The notes below the pieces were generated by a model, which made no database searches, was not told the origin of the DNA, and worked only from the letters and a program-made list of their open reading frames with translations. This document shows, one piece after another, positions 1-13,684 of a stretch of 64,000 nt of DNA (position 1 is its first letter; each line of letters begins with the position of its first letter). Source of the DNA: Bispira polyomma (taxonomy: Eukaryota); NCBI GenBank assembly GCA_965649765.1, contig OZ287751.1, positions 50,840,001 to 50,904,000 of the forward strand. Direction: 5' to 3'. Both the position numbers and the translations under genes were made by a program.

Positions 1-938
1 GCTTTCACTTCCTTACAGAACTGCCTTGTCGATGTACAACACTGGATGGCAGCAAATAAACTCAAGCTGAACCCTGAGAAGACTGAGTTTATTTTGTTTG
101 GCTCCAAGTCGCAACGGGAAAAATTGTCCATGTGTTTTCCACTTGACATTCTTGGCAGCAGGTTTTTTCCAGCTGAAAAAGTACGAAACCTGGGCGTGGT
201 GTTCGACTCTGAATTTTCCTTCTCGAACCATGTCGCATCTGTGTGTAGATCATGTTTTGTTGGCCTCCGTGATTTCAGGCGGATTCGACGCTATCTTTCC
301 AAATCCACTGCAGTCACTGTTGCCAATGCTTTGGTCAGCAGCAGGCTTGATTACTGCAACTCTCTGTTCCGTTCCTTATCTCGTAGTGATCTCAGACGCC
401 TTCAGAATATCCAACACTCATTGGCACGTATTGTGACCAAAACATCTAAATTTTCCCACATTACTCCTGTACTCAAGTCACTGCACTGGCTCCCAATAAA
501 ATATCGTGTTGCTTTCAAAACAGCAACAATAATATATAAATTTCTAAATTCTGGATTACCCACTTATTTTAGCCCCCATCTATCCAAATATACATGCTCA
601 GTCAGGACTAGGCGCAGTAACCCTGATAAATTATACCTTAACATTCCCACCTTCGACCCTCGCATCCACAAATCCAAAGTTCAGTTCAATCACTGCCTAG
701 CTCATGATGGCCCCCTCATTTGGAACAGCCTACCTGATCATGTTCGCCTGGCTCAAACTTTCTCCTCTTTCAGGAGTAAGCTGAAGGCCTATCTTTTTGA
801 ACAGGCTTTTCCACCTTAGCCGTCGCAACCATCTACGGTAGTCTCCCTGGTTACGACTTCCATCCGCCCACTATTTTTGATTTGCGATTAACGTTTTGGG
901 TTTGTTGCGCCTTAGAATTTGTTGTACAAAGATTAAGC
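1..938 (+). mobile_element. L2-clade LINE, 3' part (end of RT and C-terminal region of ORF2, plus 3' UTR)
   Basis: ORF 46-819 has the L2/CR1 motifs WMAANKLKLNPEKTE, VRNLGVVFD, LVSSRLDYCNSL, HITPVLKSLHWLP and FRSKLKAYLF. The 3' UTR (~867-938) matches the tail-only copy at 56255-56360. Confidence 0.9.
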
Positions 939-1501
939 GGGTTATAGTTATACAGAAATGTTATTTGTACTAGTTCTACTGAAAACATTAACATAGAGTT
1001 TGTGATGTTGCACTGGAATATGCAGTACTATAATAACATCATATTTGATCATTTAATCTAGGAACACATATGAAACGTATATAAGTTTGACAAACTTTCT
1101 GATTACATTGAAAGAATATTACCTACAAAATCACAAAATGATGCTGACCTTGGGTTTTGGGTTATGGTTTTATTTTGTTTCATTGTGTGTACCACTATTT
1201 ATGTTTTCTACTATAAACATACTATTTACCAATAAAACTTTTCATTGTGTGCACATTAAACATTTCTCCATATTTGAACTCTAAGGTAGCCTAAATCTAT
1301 AATATCAGCAGGTCTAGTGGTAAAATTCAAATTAATTAGAATATATCTCCATTATTGTATGACACATCTATCTACCCACCTCAGATTTTAGTAACACTTA
1401 ATCTTTGTACTTATCAAATGCAAAGTGCGACAATTTGCAAGGCAATCTTAAATTCCAGGTGGGGACAGTCTAAGTTAACATATGCTGTAAAACTAGACTA
1501 A

Positions 1502-1774
1502 TGCTGTGGTCACACTGGGCTTATGTTTCGATTATGTACAAAAAATGGCTAACATAAGGTAAAACGTGGCTAATGTATTTTTAAATGTGCCAAACATTAT
1601 TAAAATAATAAAACGTGTTAAATGTGTGTTTAAATGTATACAGAATGAGTACAAACGGCCCATACATTGATTTTTTTTGTTATGTTTCCTTGAAGTTTCC
1701 TTGAAGTTTATTTCTGTTTTCTTACTTCACAGAATTTTTAACATAACGCGAACATACTCAGTGTGACTATGGCA
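1502..1774. mobile_element. Tourist-like MITE of the Harbinger family found at 17713-30389
   Basis: Imperfect TIRs TGCTGTGGTCACACTGGGCTTATGTTTCG / CGAACATACTCAGTGTGACTATGGCA. TAA lies on both sides (1499-1501, 1775-1777). The ends match those of the large Harbinger element. Confidence 0.85.
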
Positions 1775-1869
1775 TAACATAGAATAAATATTTTTTCGAC
1801 AAATTTACTGTTTTAAAAAAAAAATCACTGAATGGGAATGTTTTGTATCAATATGATACAATCACTACA

Positions 1870-4800
1870 CATTTGTTATTGCCTTATTGAGTGCGTCCAT
1901 TCATGTTAAGCACAAGGGAAGACTTATAAAGTTAAATCTCGTGAGGTACCCTTTGGTGATGGCCTTTTCAGGACAGGGGTGTGAGTCCTGGTGAAGGATT
2001 CCCCTTGGAAAACAGTACCATAGAGGTAGGCAATTAGCACAATGGCAATGTAATTATATACATAATGTTTTTAATATACTTTTTTTATATAAAATAATGA
2101 TAAAAGACTGCCAGGGTTTTAACCGGCAAATGTAATTCTCAAAAAGCAATCATAATTAGTAGTTTAATTTCGATTTCACTTCAGTTCCCTATGTGGTGAA
2201 GTTAATCAGTTGAGGTCAAGAACAAGTAATAAGAATTCTGTTTTGGTGTTTATCTTTGTACAGGTTATCATATTTATGTACAATATCACAATAATGAAGT
2301 AAAATATTTGAAATTATTAGAATGATTTTAAATGCACCAAAACCCAAATTAGAGAGAGGAGGGGATGATGGTGGGAAACTTGTGTGGGATTATGGATGCA
2401 GCTTGTGATGTTGATTAAAGGTATGTCCTACACAGCAGAACTTCGCCATAAACTGTGTGCCATTATATTCGGTAAAGAAATGTTGTTGTTAAATGCTAGT
2501 GTAGCTCCTGATTTGCAGAAGGTATGAAATCCATGTATTGTGTGGTCAATGCCAATATGTTTGGATGAATGTTCTTTAGAGCGTCCTTGACGTGCGAGTC
2601 CACGATCAGGTGATAAGGTGCTGTTGAGGGGAGCCGAGTTACCGAGCCCTCTATGACTGATTGAGTGTTTTGAGTGCTGTGACTGGACATAATAATGGAA
2701 CTTTTATGACGGGTAGTGGGATTTGGATCTGTCAAAATACAACATCATTAATGAGATTTCTAGTATGGCAAAATACCACATTAATTCCTCAGTGTCAAAT
2801 TTCCTTCTGTAATGGGGCGCTATGTTGGGCAAAAAAACGTAAAACGCTATTAGGTAGATAGCTCTAAATAGTGATAGGTCCTGAAGTTTTTCAGAGGCTT
2901 GTGAAAGTTGTAATAATTGTTTGATGTCAAATATTCCTTTTGAAGCTGGTCTAAAAGGAGAGTTGTGCACCAAGCTGCTAGTAAATAAGGAGATTGGGTT
3001 GTGTTGTAACACTGAGGAATTAATGTGGTATTTTGCACACATGAATTTGAGTGAGAAGAGTTGTTGTTCACTACTTTAGGAGAAATGTTATTCTGGGTGA
3101 GATATTCTAGAAACGCTAGTGTACATTATTGTCTTGAATGTGGGCATAGTGAAGAAATGCCAAAAAATTCTGAACTGGCTTCTGTAGGCTGAGGTGGTTG
3201 CAGGTTTTAGTGCAGTATAGATTTTGTTAATCGCAGCCATGCCCAGTGAATCAGAAGCTGGAAAGGAGCCTGAAATCATATATTATAATCTAAGTTACAG
3301 TATTTGATGGGAAAAAGTCTACATTCACATTTGTTTGATTGTTGCATCACTTGATATTTTGGGGGGTTATCAGAATATATGCATGACAGTGCATCTGCCC
3401 AAATTTTTTCCTTTCCCTTCATGTGTTGTATGTGGAGAGTAATGTCGTTTGAAGAACAGATAAGCCAAATATTCCTAATACATGCTACCAGAAATGGGTC
3501 TCTGGTTTTACCGGTCTGGACAACCAAGACTACAGCCATGTTGTCGCAGTGGCAAGTTACTTGCTGGTGAGCCCAGTCCTTACCCCTTATCCTTAGTGCT
3601 ATTACTACGTTGATCATTTCTAACTGGGTTATATGAAGCTCTTGTTGATATATGTTAAAAATTGGTGTAGTAAATTTATGAACCCCAAATTCCAACTAGC
3701 CCTGTTAAGCAGGCATCTAGGTGAAGTTGGGAGCTACTATGACAGTTGTAGGGTTTATGTAAGTAACCCTGTTGTAATGAAACAGAAAAGCCTTAATTGA
3801 ATTTCATAATGTTGTCAATTATTTTGAACCTTTTGGCATTAGGGGAAGCGCTAAACACCAATAACACTCTAATATTAATAAATATCGCCGATAACACTTT
3901 CATATTAATAAATATCGCATAACATTTCAAAGTCATGAGCGCTATGTTTACTACAAATGCAAATGTAGTCATCAATGTAGCAGTACAGCCCTATAGCCGT
4001 GTTTAAGCATCTAGTCTGCTATAATATCTGAGCAACGCTGAAATGCAGCACTTCCATGAGCCCAGCCAAATGCAATCGCAGCGTCAACGTAGAATTTTTT
4101 GTCATGTTGGATTCCCAGTTTGAGGGCGTCTACCGGATCTACTCTTGAATTTCTGAAATATCACGCTACATCGACCTTGCATATTACTAGGTCAGAAATT
4201 TCTTGAATATTTAAAGTTATATTATCTATCTTAGGAAAATTGAGAATAAATTTTGTATTATCAAAAATGTTTCTACTGACATTGTTATTAACAGAGTTCC
4301 CTATTGGATGTGATAAGTTAAGAATGACCCTACGTTTGTCTTTATCTTTGAGTCGAGCGAGTAGAGGTGAGCAATGGAAATGTGAATCAGTGGTGAAATC
4401 CACTGGACCTAACAGATATTGTTCAATTACATTGGAGTACTGGAGAGCAGAATGATGGTTAGTAACTTGTTGACAACTCAATTGGTCAGAATGTTCTAGT
4501 GACAAAGGAAACCCGAATTTCAGGTATTGTGTGATCATTTTGTCTGGATGGTCATAAGTGATTTCTTCCCATGCAGAAATATTTAACTGAGACTTTACAG
4601 GTATCCTAGCCTGTTTGCAGTTGAGTTGGCCAAACCTGTGGTTCTTATTATATTTGCTACATGTATTATTTGCCCAATGTCATCTATTAAGACCGACTCA
4701 TTGTCAGGCCCAATAAACTCGACAGGTGTCTTTAAAAGTTAAATGAATTCAGCCTGTTTGTCTAGGTTGTCAATGTCCCTATGTGAGAGTGTTTTTGGAG

Positions 4801-7800
4801 AAGAATAAACTTCCATATCCAGGCTGACCAGCCTATCAATGTTGTTAATTAACAGTGCGTTGGTATGACTTACCTTACCAAGTTTTACCATTGCCTTCGT
4901 AGGCTGTTGTACATTATTGTTAACATTACAATTATTATTCAGTACTGTCAATAATATTATGAATGTGACTAGTATAGTCACAGTCATATGTGAATCTACA
5001 AACCTGATCTTTGCTGTAATTGTAATATACATTATCTGCATGTTTCATTTCTTGGTCAGAATATTTATAAACCTTGTTTCATTTTTGAATAATCATCACA
5101 GTCTCTTGACTGCCTATGACGGTTATTGGAAAACCAGGAACCTGTTTTAAACCGGTGTAAGTAAAATTTTCATTTTCCCATTTCATACAGCAAACACCAG
5201 TAAATTCATTATGGTGAAGAAACTTTAATTATACCAGAGAAGTATTGACTAAACCTTCCCTTTCAACAAGCAAATAGTCCATGATAGATATTATATAATT
5301 GTCAAAATCGTGCCACCATACACCACCACGTTCTCCCTGTTCCATATCCTGCGTTTGTACATGGCAATAATGATGTTTAACACTATTAGAAAATACATTT
5401 GAACCATCCTTATATAATCATCACTTGACAGGAAGTGCTACAGGATCGCATCAAACCACTTCAATGCACTAATGACCAGAGCCAAAAAAAGAGCACTATG
5501 ATTCAATCATCAATGAGAATTCAAACTCACCAAAAAGGCTATGGTGCTCCATAACTAAGATATTACACCACACAGCTGAAAAAGTTTTGCCTGAAAATCA
5601 CTGCCTCAGATTTCTTTTTTCATTAAAAAAATAACTAAAATTCGAGAAGGTTTTTCAACAATGCCACAGTTCTCTCCACCATCCCCTGGCTATAAAGTCT
5701 CAAATCTGTTACATTTTAAGCCACTTTCCGAGAACGATGTTCTCAAACTGATAAAATCCGACTCCATCGAATCCTGTGAACTGGATCCTATCCCTGCCAC
5801 TGTTCTCACAGAATGTCTAGACATTTTCATAACTCCTATCACCAAATTTTTCGCTTAGGGATGGTATTTTCCCTCTTGTTTCAAAACTGCATATGTCGCC
5901 CCCTTGCTAAAAAACCAGGCCTTGACAAAAATGGACTAAAAAATTATAGACCAGTCTCTAACTTCAGCTTTGTTTCTAAACTTATTGAGAAAACTGTTGC
6001 TTATGAAATTCATAACCACCTTAATAAACAAAATCTGGCTAACTGCCACCAATCTGCCTACAGAAAATTTCACTCCACTGAGAGTGCCCTCCTTTCAATC
6101 AGTGATGACATTAACTTTACCTTGGATCATGATGAAACTGTAGCCCTCACCCTTCTCAATCTCTCCGCAGCTTTTGATACCATCGACCATGGCTTACTCT
6201 TTGACACCCTAAAACAGTAGTTTGGTCTTAATGGTACTGTCCTTGATTGGATATAATCGTACCTTGCTCTTAGAACCCAAAAAATCAAATTGGGCGACCA
6301 CTTTTCATCCTCGTTTAACCTACCATTTGAAGTACCCCAGGGGTCGGTTCTCGACCTCTTTACTGTTTACCCTCTACACCCATCCTCTCAGTGCAGTCAT
6401 CAATAATCACAATGTTAAACATCACATGTATCCTGATGACACCCAAATCTCTCTCTCTCTCTCTTAACACTCAGAATGCCGGATACAACCTGGACTTACT
6501 TGCCGACTGTCTCTCCTCAGTTCAGGGGTGAATGAACTACTCCAAACTGAAACTAAACCCTGAAAAAACTGAATTCACCCTAATTGGAAATATGAAACAT
6601 AGTGAATACTTCAGATCACTTTTCCCAATCACACTGCTGGGTAATGAGATTCAACCTTCAGACCAGGTCAAAAACCTAGGTGTCACTATCGATCCTGCTT
6701 TTTCATTTCTTCCTCACATTAACAGCATCCGCCGCTCCGGTTACTATCACATTCCGGACTTTAAAAGAATCAGAAATTATTTGTGACTAAATACTGCTAT
6801 CTCTGTGGCCAACGCTCTTGTAAGTAGCCGCCTTGACTACTGTAATTCTCTTATGTATGGAGCCAATAAGTCCCACATTGACAAGTTACAGTCCATTCCA
6901 AACTATCTATGTAGAGTCATCTTTCGTGGCCGCACCTAGTTTATGTAACAGTCTTCCAGCCGAACTTAGACTGCTTGAAACACTTTCGGGTCTTAGGAAA
7001 AAACTTAAAACCTATCACTTCAGACTCGCCTATCCACCGTAGTCCTCTTCCTGGGCGCTGACACATCCATCCTTACTACCTGGCTATATTTTTCATTTTT
7101 CTATTGGGTGATTGATTCTGATGTTGCTCGTTATAAGATGCCTAGCATCAATAAGGCACGTTAAAAATGCATAATACAAATACAATATAATACAATGCAA
7201 AAATCCTTTTCATTACAAAAATAGTTATTTTTATCACTAGTATGGAAGCCCATTGGGGTCATTTTTATGATTTACATTTCTTTTTTTAAAGTCTAGATCA
7301 CAATTACTTGTAATATTTTTATCTATGCTGATTTCAGTCTTTTCATACTTTGAGATATTTGAAATATAGTTACTGCTTTGGTTAGTGTTAACCTTTACAT
7401 TGTCATTTTTACTAGTATCAAATCTACTCTCAGTATCTTTACCCTCTCTGATTGTTCGTTAACTTAAATACTTTACTTCATACACTTGAACTGTGGGTAA
7501 GTGTTTTTGTTGTTTAAGGAACGATAACAGTGGTTACATATATGTCTATACTGTCTATACTGTGGTTGCTTTCATGACTATAGGCGCCATTGTTGTAAAA
7601 CTTGCGATACCTCTACTGTATTGAACAACTGTCTGGCTGTTCACTGATAAAGTGACAGGTTATTATTATTAGGTCGTTTCCAGGTTGTGCCTCCCAGCCA
7701 TCCCTCATTTGCCCAGCGCGACTGTGGATCGGAACTAGAAACGTTGGTGATATTGAACCGGCCAGACTTATGCCGAAATGATGTCTTACCTTGTGAAAGG

Positions 7801-8050
7801 TTGTGTTGGATTTGGATGTCGTATGTGGCCAGTCTCTGATTGACGGCAGCGTTGACATCCGGTGGTGTCTTGAATACATCCGGTCAAGGGATAATGGCAT
7901 TGCGTTAATAATCTTGGTGTGACTGTTGAGGTAACTCGTGAATATGAGAATGGCTTTATAATTAAGGTTCTTTCTGTGGGATGGTGAACTGACCCAGCAG
8001 ATCCCTAAAGTTTTCTTGATCGACACACTTTCCACACGCTTATATAATTA
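1870..8050 (-). mobile_element. Degenerate Ngaro-type (DIRS order) tyrosine-recombinase retrotransposon, interrupted by an L2
   Basis: Minus-strand fragments occur in the expected order. ORF1 (~8035-7473): KSGRFN..RWANEG..LSLYQ and the Cys/His tail KFYNNG..HICNHCYR..PQFKC. RT: NHHSAL, SPLLARLK, RVILNLSHPIGNSVN, AFGWAHGS and YIDD (3968-3979). RNase H: LEMINV, CDNMAVV, HMKGKEKIWADALS. YR: PATTSAYRSQF, LFRAIYLIAFY, AHSLWRSSAV. No methyltransferase domain seen. Boundaries approximate. Confidence 0.8.
5420..7197 (+). mobile_element. 5'-truncated, frameshifted L2-clade LINE nested in the Ngaro element
   Basis: Fragments SCELDPIP, KNYRPVSNFSFVSKLIEK, QSAYRKFHSTESALL, LSAAFDTIDH, YPDDTQ and KLKLNPEKTE; ends in an (AATAC)n-like tail at 7172-7197. 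Confidence 0.85.
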
Positions 8051-9096
8051 ATTTGTCAACAAAACTGATGTATTATATGCAATGTGACACAGTGAATGAC
8101 AATGGAGAAATATACAATTGCATCACTGTTACTACCAGTGTCACTTGATATTTGATATGATCACACAAATTCACATAAGGGGTGGAGAAGACTGTATTAT
8201 TTCTAGACACATCACATAGTGACAGCTGTCTTTATTCAATTTTCTGTCACATACACAATTGTAATTTGAGCTTGAATTGGCGTTTTCAATAATAATTTCC
8301 TTACAAATAAGGTTGAACTAAAACAAAACAATTCAATGGCATTACCTTCCATAGAGAGATTGATAATTGACGAATATATGAACATACATAGTATATGCAT
8401 GGTCTTTGAATTTTGATAAATATCTTTATCTAATCTGTTCCAGCACTGGAGACACTTCATGTTCCTCTACATGAAAAAGAAAAAATTAATTAAATAATAT
8501 ATATATATACTTTTTTTTTTTTTTTGAAAAATACATTTAAATTTTCAACATGCGTAATTTTAGCCAAAAGATAATTAAAGGTCCAAATAAAATATGCTAA
8601 TAAACATATTCCCTCCCTTCTCTCCTGACCAGCTAAATGATGTTAATGATGATGTTAATATTTTTTACTTTTATAGCAGTGCAGGAGCCTTGACAAGCTC
8701 CTACTATAAGTACTGCACACTAAGTGTAATTGTGTTAAAGACATTTATTATTCGAAATTATTTTATTGAGTAACATTATAAAGCAAAATTTAGAAATTAT
8801 TTTAAATTTAAATAACTAGGTACAATAAGCTTTTTCAGCAGGTAGTTTTCGGTTAATTGTAACATGGCACGAGAAAAGTGATGTCATATTGTTTTATCTG
8901 GAATGATACTGATTGTTCCACAGATTATAATGAGCGTATAGATTTTTTAACACTGCTCTCTTTTGCACCAGAACAAACATCTGCTGACATTTTTGGTGAC
9001 TACTTTTGTGTTGAAAATGAACACAGCAGAGTAAAATTACCTGACAATAAGGAACATATATCACTGACACATTAGTTTTCAGAGCTTGTCATAAGA

Positions 9097-10117
9097 ATGG
9101 AAGAAATACATGTAAAAATAAGTGAAAGGTGCCGCAATATCTCAATTCCTGTATTTGTGCTGGTCATTTGCTTTGCACTATCTTCGTGGATAGATGTTAG
9201 TGGTGTCTTTGTAGAACTTCCACTGTTTGTGAACAGGCTTCCTGAGGGTTGGAGTCTACCATCATACATCAGTCTACTTGTACAGATAACTAGTATAATT
9301 CCTTACCTATATGTCTTGGTTGTCACATGTTATCCTGTAAAGATCAAGGAATGGCCTATTGTGATAATCATTATTTCTATAGGAGCTGTGGGATGTCTAG
9401 CACTGGTATTTCTGTGGGATAAGACTGCATTTATTGCAGGTCAGCATCGCAGTGTTGGCTTGTTCTCCTTGACATGCATATTATCTTTGGTAGATGTTAC
9501 GAGCAATGTGGTATATTTTCCGTATATGGCACAGTTTAAACCTGCATACCTAATGGCCTTCTTTATTGGAGATGGACTTGATGGGCTTATCCCTGCTGTT
9601 GTTGGACTCATTCAGGGAGCAGACGAGGCTCCTACCTGTTTAAATACGTCTTTCATCAAGATGAATGAAACCAGTGGGCAGAATGTGACATTATGGAAGT
9701 CTGAAACCATGTATAGTCCACCTGTCTTTTCCATTGAGATTTTTCTATTATTTCTGTATTTTATGGTGGTCCTGTCAGGTGTTTCCTTTTTAATTCTACA
9801 CTTTGCACCATTCTGTAAGAAACAACGCTGTAATTGTGAAAGGAACAAAACAGAAGTCATTGGACTAAATATTACTAAAGTACAGAACAGCTTTGATTGT
9901 AATGGTCCAAAATTAGAAACAGACTATATCTGGTCAGATCATAATCAACAAAATAATTCCGATGATACCATACAACTAAAGAGAAGACGTGATAGTGGAA
10001 GTTCAAACAATATCCCAAGGAGAAAGTTCGTACTTCTGATCATATTGAATGGATTTTACAATGGCTGTGTATACACTCTGCTTCCATCTATTAGTTCATA
10101 TTCAAGTATTCCATATG
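9097..10117 (+). CDS. SLC52A3: SLC52 riboflavin-transporter-family protein, coding exon 1 of 3 (475 aa in total)
   Basis: Family motifs SSWIDVSGVFVELPL..LPEGWSLPSY, LVDVTSNV, FFIGDGLDGLIP, PVFSIEIF and LPSISSYSSIPYG. Acceptor ttttcAG at 9081-82 upstream of the ATG; donor GTATGT at 10118 (phase 1). The symbol indicates family likeness, not proven orthology. Confidence 0.9.
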
Positions 10118-10634
10118 GTATGTAACACTTTATGTTTATTCTGTCATAATGCCAATATCATCCCAATATTTGTCAGTGCATAAGCAACTATACTGGAACA
10201 GGGACAAAGTAAATAATGACTTTAGTAGGCTTTTACTTCAATTTCAACAGCTTATGTCACATAACGTGGCCCAATAATTATATATGAAAGACAAAAACTT
10301 GCTAGCAATTTAATATTTGATATATTGTGCCTGGTTTTTATTATAATAAATGCAATTCCACTTTTGTAAGCTAAATGGACATACAAACAAAGTAAGTTAA
10401 CACTAAAAACATTATTCATAATAGTTAAAGCTATTGTATAATACTGTATTGACGGGAATGTTGGCTGGTATAAAATGTACAATATTTAACATATTTGTTT
10501 AAATTAATTTTCACTATTGGCCAACAAGATTAAAAAAAAACTAGACTTCAAGTTAAAATTAGCTTCTAGTAAAAATTTCCAGACACATTATCAAAACATT
10601 ATTTGGTATGCAGTATCATTGCACGTATTTTCAG

Positions 10635-10843
10635 GCAACATGGAATACAGTCTCTTGATGAAGCTCTGTCCTGCTGTACTGACTTTTTGCCCTGTCCTTA
10701 AGTTGTTCTATTCAGTCACATCAGTGTCCGGTCAGCTTATTCTAACTGTTGTATCTCTTCTGTTACTTGGCTACCACTTCCTTTTGGCTTCTTACAGTCC
10801 ATTTCCACCACTTCAAGGAACGGTGTTGGGTTCATTTTTAGTG
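10635..10843 (+). CDS. SLC52A3: SLC52-family gene, coding exon 2
   Basis: Acceptor ttttcAG, 209 nt (phase 1 to 0), encodes ASYSPFPPLQGT, donor GTATGT. The paralogous exon has the same length. Confidence 0.88.
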
Positions 10844-11503
10844 GTATGTTACTTGTGCTAGATATATTTTTGACAGTAATATAACTTATTATATACAGTG
10901 AAATGTTTTTACTATCATGTTGAAGTAACAGTAAATAAAATTGCAACGGACACAACAATTTATCAGAATAATGAACTTGTGTATTGATCTGTAAAATATC
11001 ATTTGACAAAGCTTTCTTAATGTTTAACATACCATGTTATGTGTATTAGTAATATTGTAATACAAATAGGTTTTCACTGAATATGTACAAATATTTTGTA
11101 CAAATTATAAATTGTAAATCAAATAAATTAAATGCTTCAAATTTCAGTATAGTTATATGTATTTCAAATAAGACTAATGCTAATCTAAATTTTACATAGA
11201 TAAAAGATAAGTCAAATTTGAAGGTGTATATTGTGGTAGAACTTCCATTATCCAAACTTACAGTATCCAAATATTCAATTTTAAGAATGAATTTCACTTT
11301 CCAAAATGCTGTTATACCTTGATAATGAAATACCTAATTATGTTTCTTATAACAATTTTGATGTGAATATTTCTATACTGTTTTACGTTATTAACCATCA
11401 CAACATAGGTCACATATCGAATATTTACAATTATATACTTTGGGACATCATCTGTTTTATTGTAATGTCAGTGCTCAGTTTGGGAAACAATTATGTCAGT
11501 GGT

Positions 11504-12201
11504 TAAGTGGCGTATTAGAAACTCATTTTTTGGTCTCTGGACACCATTTTTTTTACCCCACAGATTTTCAAAAAAAAATTTTATGAAAAGATTTATTAAT
11601 ATGTTGAACAAAAATATCAAAAAAACTATGTCACACCAGACTCTTTCAAAAGCTACAGAGCTTTGAATGTGGTATGTATTTTCATTTATTTGCCTATTGT
11701 TGTCAATGGAAATGCCTATTTTGGGAAAGAAAATTTCCATAAAAAGGTACTTTAAAAAATTTCACCTTACAGAATTTAATTTTTTTCTCCCTAGTTTTGT
11801 GGTAAATTATGAACTCTAACTGAATATGAGAAAAAAACAGGGGGTCACCACGCTAAATTTTTCAAAATCTCAGTTTGTTTAGAATTTTTAGGGCCCAAAA
11901 CCTTATGTTTCTATTGAAATAATAGGAAACATCTGGAATATTTCTGGAGATAAACATAATATTTATAGCAGAGTGGCTCATAAAAAGGCAAAATGACAGC
12001 TCATTCCCAATAGACAATTTAATAAAGCACATTTTCTGCAATTTTCATGCAAACAAAAAAAAATGAAATTTATTTTTTTGGGAAAAAATAGTAGCGAACA
12101 ACGTTAAGGCTATTTACTACTTTTTATTGATGGAAAATGGTTCCTTAATAGAAAAAAAAGTAAAAACAGATCTATACACTTTGCCGAATATCTCTCTTTT
12201 A
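11504..12201. mobile_element. Possible non-autonomous DNA transposon in SLC52 intron 2
   Basis: Weak terminal symmetry (TTAAGTGGCGTATT ... AATATCTCTCTTTTA). The equivalent intron of the paralogue is ~1.4 kb shorter. Confidence 0.3.
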
Positions 12202-12615
12202 CAAAATTAACCTAAGATATCTTGACCCTCTTATACAAAGGCCTAAACAAAGAAATTTTATTTGTAATAATATTTGATAAAATATATGAAAGGATTATAT
12301 AATTTAATATACACATATTTAAAATATTTCCGTGTTATTGTTATTGTACACATGTATTGTACTGTATCTCATGTCATAGCATTGATTGTCTATATATTAT
12401 GCCATTAAAAAATGTACAATTATATATTAAAAGAAGTCAATACCTTGCAATATATTATAACTCGGTTAAAATAAAAACAATGCACAAATGCTCGATTTAC
12501 AAACATTAACTTTACACAACCTCTTGCCCCAACCTTTGTGTAAGCACTTATTTCATACCAAGTCCTTACTTTTATTACCCTTTTTCCTAACCTCTGAAAT
12601 TCGATCTTGTTTCAG

Positions 12616-12813
12616 GTGAGCACTGGTGTCATTTGCTCATTTATCAGTAAATATGCCAGCGTAAATATAGCCACCTTGATGCAGAGCTCCAGTGGTCGGA
12701 TGGGACTGTTGTGGTATGGAACATCCCTTCAGGTTGGCTGTGGGTTGTCTGCCATTATCTCATTTATTTTGATTAATGTGGCAGAGGTATTCTCCCGTGG
12801 ACAAGTGTGCTGA
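12616..12813 (+). CDS. SLC52A3: SLC52-family gene, last coding exon
   Basis: Acceptor tgtttcAG, 198 nt, encodes LLWYGTSLQVG..FILINVAEVF..C*. The three exons join in frame (1428 nt). Confidence 0.88.
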   Translation: MSTGVICSFISKYASVNIATLMQSSSGRMGLLWYGTSLQVGCGLSAIISFILINVAEVFSRGQVC

Positions 12814-13182
12814 AGAAAGAGAATTGAAGTAATATGTGGCTCCTATAGATAGGAAATCGGTCTGATGAATGAGGTCCAATTCTACTAATCTGTAAAATGT
12901 AACTACTGGTTTTTTTTTATGTTTTGGTGTTCATTATATGTGCTTATATATTTACGTCTTTCTCATATAATGTTTTTTAATTCAATAGCACCACAGTCGA
13001 TGAACAGGCTTCCTCTATGATGCATATCCCAGTCAATATGCAAAATAATAGTCCAACAGGAGAACTTATTCATGATCAGAGTTCCAGTTGTAACCAGCAA
13101 ATGAAAGTTAGGGCGGAAAATTGAGCTGATACAGATGCCTTCAAGCTTTTCTTGAAGCCTGCCATCCGTGTCTTAGTATGAA

Positions 13183-13368
13183 TTTGACTTTGGATATTTA
13201 ACGTTCACTCTAGTACCTGTTTAGGTTATATTGGGATGGGTAGTTGGAAAGGCTTGAAAAAAAAAATTGATCAAGGTTCTGAGTCGAACCCCCGCCAGTC
13301 GATCCCGGAGGTGAGAGACCCGTGATTGTGAAGCGCAATGCTTTCTAACCACTAGGCCACAGCTGCCC
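13183..13368 (-). mobile_element. tRNA-derived SINE (internally deleted copy)
   Basis: Same family as 31431-31682. A box TGGCCTAGTGG, B box GGTTCGACTC. 13-bp TSD GTCT(T/C)AGTATGAA at 13170-82 and 13369-81. Confidence 0.85.
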
Positions 13369-13684
13369 GTCTCAGTATGAAGACTAGCACATAGACTATT
13401 TTCTTCAGAAGGTGCTGCAAGTTTAAAATGATTTTAAATCTGCCAGTTTTGGAGGTAAGAAGTCAAAGGTGGAGAGACGATTGACTCTGGTGAGATAGCT
13501 GAGAGACAACAAAGATGATAAGTAGGCTGGCTGCTGTATATAAACAATATTAACAATGAGGACATTTACTTTGAATATAATCTGGGTAACCAGTGCAATT
13601 TTTAAACCAATGAGTTGCATGTGTGTTGTGTGTAAATATATATTTGCCTGGTTTATGTTTTTCTTATACACTCCAATCCAACTG

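Noticed and set aside
7591-8061. TGTTG...CAACA as a solo LTR
   Set aside because: No TSD, and the interior translates as Ngaro ORF1.
8679-8718. Nested hairpin GTGCAG-GAGC..GCTC-CTGCAC upstream of SLC52 as a riboswitch-like element
   Set aside because: No FMN-riboswitch motifs; more likely a transposon terminus fragment, and there is no second copy here to test.
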